A stretch of DNA of 39,905 nt from Gammaproteobacteria bacterium. Its GTDB lineage: Bacteria; Pseudomonadota; Gammaproteobacteria; Chromatiales; Chromatiaceae. The position numbers and the translations under genes are program-made. This document shows, one piece after another, positions 35,506-39,905 of this stretch (positions are counted from its first letter, which is position 1; each line of letters starts with the position of its first letter). The stretch covers positions 1 through 39,905 of the forward strand of contig QNZQ01000004.1 of the NCBI GenBank assembly GCA_003972985.1, read 5' to 3'. The notes beneath the pieces were generated by a model that worked only from the letters and a program-made list of their open reading frames with translations, ran no database searches and had not been told where the DNA came from.

Positions 35506-35560
35506 CAGCGTGAAAAAGGGACGGGCACCCTTCCTCCTCCAGAATTAAGCGGCACGGGTC

Positions 35561-36490
35561 TCATTCGGCATAGAGCGCGCGCAGGATCTCGTCCGCCCCG
35601 TCGGCCAGCAGCCGCTCGGCCAGGGTCACCCCCAGGGATTCGGCTTCGGCCTCCTCCCCGCGGATCTCGCCCCGGATGATCACCTTGCCATCCACGCTTC
35701 CCACCAGGCCGCGCAGCCAGAGCTGGCCCTTCTCCAGGATGGCGTGCCCGGCGATGGGCACCTGGCAGCCCCCCTCGAGACGGTTGTTCAGGGCCCGTTC
35801 CGCCAGCACGCGGGCAGCGGTGGGGGCATGGTGCAGGGGGGCGATGAGCCGGTTCACCCGCTCGTCCTCCGCCCGGCACTCGATGCCCACGGCGCCCTGG
35901 CCAATGGCAGGCAGGCTCTGTTCCGGCTCGAGGAAGGTACGGATGCGCTCCCCGAACCCCAGCCGGATCAGCCCCGCCGCCGCCAGGATGATGGCGTCGT
36001 ACTCGCCCTCGTCCAGCTTGCGCAAGCGGGTGTTGACATTGCCGCGCAGGGGCAGCAGTTCCAGGTCGGGGCGCAGCTCGAGCAGCTGGGATTGGCGGCG
36101 CAGGCTCGAGGTCCCCACCCGGGCGCCCTCGGGCAGTTCATCCAGACTCCCGTAGGCGTTGGAGACGAAAGCGTCGCGCGGATCCTCGCGCTCCATGATC
36201 ACCGGCAGGTGCAGCCCTTCCGGCAGCTCCACTGGCACGTCCTTCATGGAATGCACGGCGATGTCGGCGCGACCTTCCAGCATGCCCTGCTCCAGCTCCT
36301 TGACGAAGAGCCCCTTGCCACCGATCTTGGCCAGGGGCGTGTCCAGGATCTTGTCTCCCTGGGTGCTCATGCCCAGCAGCTCCACCTGGAGACCGGGATG
36401 GGCAGCCTGGAGGGCTGCCGCCACGTGCTCGGCCTGCCACATGGCCAGGGGGGACTTGCGAGTGGCGATGCGAATGCTCTGGTCGGTCAT
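35561..36490 (-). CDS. hemC: Hydroxymethylbilane synthase (porphobilinogen deaminase)
   Basis: [36 protein letters not shown] and LEGGCQVP motifs. Confidence 0.98.
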   Translation of the reverse strand: MTDQSIRIATRKSPLAMWQAEHVAAALQAAHPGLQVELLGMSTQGDKILDTPLAKIGGKGLFVKELEQGMLEGRADIAVHSMKDVPVELPEGLHLPVIMEREDPRDAFVSNAYGSLDELPEGARVGTSSLRRQSQLLELRPDLELLPLRGNVNTRLRKLDEGEYDAIILAAAGLIRLGFGERIRTFLEPEQSLPAIGQGAVGIECRAEDERVNRLIAPLHHAPTAARVLAERALNNRLEGGCQVPIAGHAILEKGQLWLRGLVGSVDGKVIIRGEIRGEEAEAESLGVTLAERLLADGADEILRALYAE

Positions 36491-36599
36491 GAAAACGCTC
36501 GGAATACGGGTAAAGATGGCGGAAGTATGCCAAAAAACCCCCGGCTTGGCCGGCCGGGGTTCTGATAAAATCTCCTTTTTTAGCCACTTGCCTGCCACC

Positions 36600-36965
36600 A
36601 TGCCCCCTTTCCACAAACCCTGCGACCCCGAATGCAGCGAGGCCCATCTCCACGACTTTGAGGAGAAAGTGATCCAGGCTTCCAGGAACAAACCCGTGCT
36701 GGTGGATTTCTGGGCCGACTGGTGTGCTCCCTGCCACGCCATCGCCCCCCACCTGGAACGGGTCATGAGCGAGATGTCGAAGCAGGTGGACCTGGTGAAG
36801 GTGGAGGTGGACGAGGGTGAGAACATGAAGCTCGCCGGTCACTACAAGCTACGCGGTTTTCCCACCCTGATGCTGTTCGTGGATGGCGAGGAACGGGCCC
36901 GCTTCGCCGGCAACCGCGCCAGCCACTGGATCCGCGACTGGCTGGAAGAGCACCTGCCTGCATGA
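36600..36965 (+). CDS. Thioredoxin family protein
   Basis: [14 protein letters not shown] and RGFPT motifs; ATGA overlap with prmA. Confidence 0.88.
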   Translation: MPPFHKPCDPECSEAHLHDFEEKVIQASRNKPVLVDFWADWCAPCHAIAPHLERVMSEMSKQVDLVKVEVDEGENMKLAGHYKLRGFPTLMLFVDGEERARFAGNRASHWIRDWLEEHLPA

Positions 36966-37840
36966 GCTGGCTGCAGGCCCATCTTACCGTGGACAAGGAG
37001 CAGGCCCCTCTCGTCGAGGCCCTGTTCGAATCCCTGGGCGCCCTTTCCGTGACCCTAGTGGACGCCGAGGACGAGCCCATGCTGGAGCCGGCTCCCGGCG
37101 CCCAGCCACTCTGGTCACGTACGCGTGTCACCGGACTCTTCGCCGCCAATCAGGACGCCGATCTTTTGCGCAGTCGCATCGACACCAGCCTCGACCGGGA
37201 CAGCAGCCGCTCGCTGGTGCTGGAACGGTTGGAAGACCAGCCCTGGGAACGGGCCTGGCTCGACCACTTCAGGCCCATGCGCTTCGGAAAAAGACTCTGG
37301 ATCTGCCCTTCTGGCCAGCAGGTGGAGGCAGAGGATGCGGTGGTGGTGGATCTCGACCCGGGCCTGGCCTTCGGTACCGGCACCCACCCCACCACCGCCC
37401 TCTGCCTGGAGTGGCTCGATGGCGCCGAGCTCGAGGGGCGAACGGTCATCGACTACGGCTGCGGCTCGGGCATTCTCGCCATCGCGGCCCTGAAGCTGGG
37501 CGCGGCGCGGGTGATCGCCCTGGATCACGATCCCCAGGCGCTCCTCGCCACGCACGAGAACGCCCGCCGCAACCGGGTGGACGGACGGCTCGAGGCCTGC
37601 CTGCCCCGGGACCTTCCCTCCCTGGAGGCCGATATCGTGCTGGCCAACATACTTGCCAACGTGCTGGTGGAACTGGCCCCGGGAATCCTGTCGCACCTGC
37701 ACCCTGCCGGGGAGCTGGTGCTTTCCGGCATCCTCGCCCACCAGTCCGGGGAAGTCGTCTCGGCCTACCGACCGGACATCCGCTTCGGCCCCGAAACCCG
37801 CCAGCACGAGTGGGTCCGCCTGCAGGGAATACGCCAATGA
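36962..37840 (+). CDS. prmA: Ribosomal protein L11 methyltransferase
   Basis: LDPGLAFGTGTHPTT, DYGCGSGIL and ANILA motifs. Confidence 0.97.
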   Translation: MSWLQAHLTVDKEQAPLVEALFESLGALSVTLVDAEDEPMLEPAPGAQPLWSRTRVTGLFAANQDADLLRSRIDTSLDRDSSRSLVLERLEDQPWERAWLDHFRPMRFGKRLWICPSGQQVEAEDAVVVDLDPGLAFGTGTHPTTALCLEWLDGAELEGRTVIDYGCGSGILAIAALKLGAARVIALDHDPQALLATHENARRNRVDGRLEACLPRDLPSLEADIVLANILANVLVELAPGILSHLHPAGELVLSGILAHQSGEVVSAYRPDIRFGPETRQHEWVRLQGIRQ

Positions 37841-38670
37841 AAATCAGATGCACCCATTGCGGTACCGAGTACGAGATGGAGGAGGAGCTGCTGCAACAGG
37901 CGGATCTCCAGGTGGCCTGCAGCCACTGCCACAAATTGTTTCGCGCATCCTCCCTCGACGACTTCCTTGCCGACGAGGAGCCATCCGGAAGCCTGGACCC
38001 GGAGATGGACGAACTGCTGGCGGAGATGGAGGAGACCCTGGCCGGGCTCGAGCAGCTGGAGCTGGAGAAACCGCCCGTGCGCACCTCCTCCCTGCCGGCC
38101 GCCCTCGACACCGACATCCCTTCGGAGATGATCGAGCTGCAGGCGGAGGAACTCCCCCCGGAATTTCTCCTCACCCCTTCCGAGAAGAGCCACAAGGGCC
38201 CCTCTCTCTTCAGCTACTTCCTGGCCCTGCTGCTGACACTGCTGTTGCTGGCTCAGCTGGCCTGGCTGAACCGGGATGCGCTGCTGGCCAAGCCCGAGGT
38301 GCGCGCAATCGCCGAGCAGTTCTGCCCCTACCTGGGCTGCACGCTTCCCAAGCCGGCCGCCAGGAGCCATTTCAAGCTCCTCGACCGCCGCTTCGAGCCC
38401 CTAGGTCCGCAAACCTACCGGCTCAGCCTGCTGATCGAGAACGAATCCGCTGGCAGCGCGCCACCACCTGCCATCCAGATCACCTTTACCGACAACCAGC
38501 AGCGGCTCATCGCCCGGCGTACGCTCGAAGCCCCGGTCTACCTGCAGCAGGCCGTACCGGAAAAAAGGGCACTGAAACCGGGGGAAACCCTGGAACTCGA
38601 ACTGACGCTGGCAGTGCCCGCCGGGCCGGTCACCGGCTACGAGATCGAATTCCTTCCCGCGGACGCATGA
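37837..38670 (+). CDS. Zinc-ribbon (MJ0042-like) plus DUF3426 membrane protein
   Basis: CTHC...CSHC finger, acidic linker, TM, C..LGC motif; usual prmA-DUF3426-dusB synteny. Confidence 0.85.
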   Translation: MKIRCTHCGTEYEMEEELLQQADLQVACSHCHKLFRASSLDDFLADEEPSGSLDPEMDELLAEMEETLAGLEQLELEKPPVRTSSLPAALDTDIPSEMIELQAEELPPEFLLTPSEKSHKGPSLFSYFLALLLTLLLLAQLAWLNRDALLAKPEVRAIAEQFCPYLGCTLPKPAARSHFKLLDRRFEPLGPQTYRLSLLIENESAGSAPPPAIQITFTDNQQRLIARRTLEAPVYLQQAVPEKRALKPGETLELELTLAVPAGPVTGYEIEFLPADA

Positions 38671-39650
38671 AGATCGGCCTCTGGAACCTGGCCAGCAATC
38701 TGCTGCTGGCACCCATGGCGGGCATCACCGACCTGCCCTTCCGCAACCTCTGCCGCCGCTTCGGCGCGGGACTGGCCGTGTCCGAGATGGTCACGGCGGA
38801 TACCAGCCTGTGGGGGAGCCGCAAGACACTGACGCGCCTGCAGCACACCGGGGAGGAACCTCCCGTGTCCGTCCAGATCCTCGGCACCGAGCCGGAAAAG
38901 ATGGCGGAAGCGGCGCGCATCAACGTGGACCTGGGTGCCCACATCATCGACATCAACATGGGCTGCCCGGCGAAGAAGGTGTGCAGGGTGGCGGCAGGAT
39001 CGGCGCTGCTGCGCGACGAGACGCGGGTGGCACGCATCCTGGAAGCCGTGGTGCAAGCCGTGGAAGTGCCGGTGACGCTCAAGATCCGCACCGGCTGGGA
39101 TCCGGCAAACCGCAACGCCACACGCATCGCGCGCATCGCCGAGGCGAGCGGCATCGCCCTGCTCACGGTGCACGGCCGCACCCGTGCCTGCCGCTTCGCC
39201 GGCGAGGCGGAATATGAAACCATTCGCCAAGTTAAACAGGAAGTTGCGCTACCCGTGGTGGCCAACGGCGATATCGACAGCGAAAAAAAGGCCGAGGAGG
39301 TGCTGAAATTCACCGGCGCCGACGCTATCATGATAGGCCGTACAGCCCAGGGGAGGCCCTGGATCTTTCACCGGATCGGCCACTATCTGCAGACCGGAGA
39401 AAGGCTTCCGCCGCCCAGCCCCCAGTGGATCGGGGGAGTGTTGCTGGAGCACCTGGAAGCGCTGTACGGTCTTTATGGCAGGGAACACGGCGTGCGCATC
39501 GCACGCAAGCACATCGCCTGGTACAGCCGGGACATGAAAGGGGGCGCCGACTTCCGCCGGCACATCAACGGCGCCAGGACGGCAGGCGAGCAGAAACAGC
39601 TGATCGAGACATTCTTTAGCTTGAGCTTGGCGCTTGGATTCAACTCGTAA
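38667..39650 (+). CDS. dusB: tRNA-dihydrouridine synthase B
   Basis: LAPMAGITD.PFR, DINMGCPAKKV, HGRTR, ANGDI and ARKH motifs; the stop codon lies inside the IS30 end. Confidence 0.96.
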   Translation: MKIGLWNLASNLLLAPMAGITDLPFRNLCRRFGAGLAVSEMVTADTSLWGSRKTLTRLQHTGEEPPVSVQILGTEPEKMAEAARINVDLGAHIIDINMGCPAKKVCRVAAGSALLRDETRVARILEAVVQAVEVPVTLKIRTGWDPANRNATRIARIAEASGIALLTVHGRTRACRFAGEAEYETIRQVKQEVALPVVANGDIDSEKKAEEVLKFTGADAIMIGRTAQGRPWIFHRIGHYLQTGERLPPPSPQWIGGVLLEHLEALYGLYGREHGVRIARKHIAWYSRDMKGGADFRRHINGARTAGEQKQLIETFFSLSLALGFNS

Positions 39651-39905
39651 GTGCAACTCGATCTAGAGCGGGAGGGTAAGCTGCGGTAGCATCACGGCTT
39701 ACTCAATCCACCAAGTAGAGAGGAGCACGATGAGAGGCTACACGCAGCTTACCCGGGATGAACGATACCAGATCTATGCGCTGAGGAAAGCGGGTCACAG
39801 CCAGAAAGAAATCGCTGAGGTTTTGAGGCGCAATCCCTCGACCATCAGCCGGGAACTGGGACGGAACAAGGGATTGAAAGGCTACCGTCCCGAACAGGCC
39901 CACAG
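39632..39905 (+). mobile_element. Left end of an IS30-family insertion sequence (exact boundary uncertain by a few bp)
   Basis: IR-like GGATTCAACTCGTAAGTGCAAC followed by an IS30 transposase start. Confidence 0.85.
39730..39905 (+). CDS. IS30-family transposase, N-terminal part (runs off the window)
   Basis: AGGAG SD; MRGYTQLTRDERYQIYALRKAGHSQKEIAEVLRRNPSTISRELGRN, the HTH typical of IS30. Confidence 0.9.
   Translation, partial: MRGYTQLTRDERYQIYALRKAGHSQKEIAEVLRRNPSTISRELGRNKGLKGYRPEQAH

Noticed and set aside
35506-35560. hemC-hemD spacer containing GTGCCCGTCCCTTTTT, reminiscent of short transposase-associated repeats
   Set aside because: Single degenerate instance in the window; cannot be supported without a genome-wide search.

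Overview
GC-rich gammaproteobacterial chromosomal segment made almost entirely of housekeeping genes and bounded by two partial insertion sequences: the right end of an ISL3 element at the start and the left end of an IS30 element at the end. Gene order: gatCAB(-); mreBCD-mrdA-rodA-mltB-rlpA-dac-dat-ybeD-lipB-lipA-galE-modABC(+); a murU/GCS2-ligase/M14-peptidase/DUF3592 operon(-); trxA-rho(-); rhlB and a GGDEF-EAL gene(+); yrfG(-); cysQ and a twin SoxW-like thioredoxin(+); hemC-hemD-DAACS transporter-small ORF-frameshifted stand-alone trpB(-); trx-prmA-DUF3426-dusB(+). The most unusual signals are non-coding. (1) A three-copy MITE family with 18-bp TIRs and degenerate 10-bp target duplications; its central core is inverted relative to its shell between copies, one copy carries a nested 50-bp insert, and another was itself hit by ISL3. 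(2) A ~265-bp multi-stem palindrome antisense to rho-murU. (3) GTAG-type REPs whose GTAG supplies gene stop codons. There is also an apparent ATC start codon for mreC, a 5-codon deletion in rho, and scattered lesions at conserved residues that suggest genome erosion or assembly error. All calls come from reading the sequence and recalled family motifs; no searches were run.
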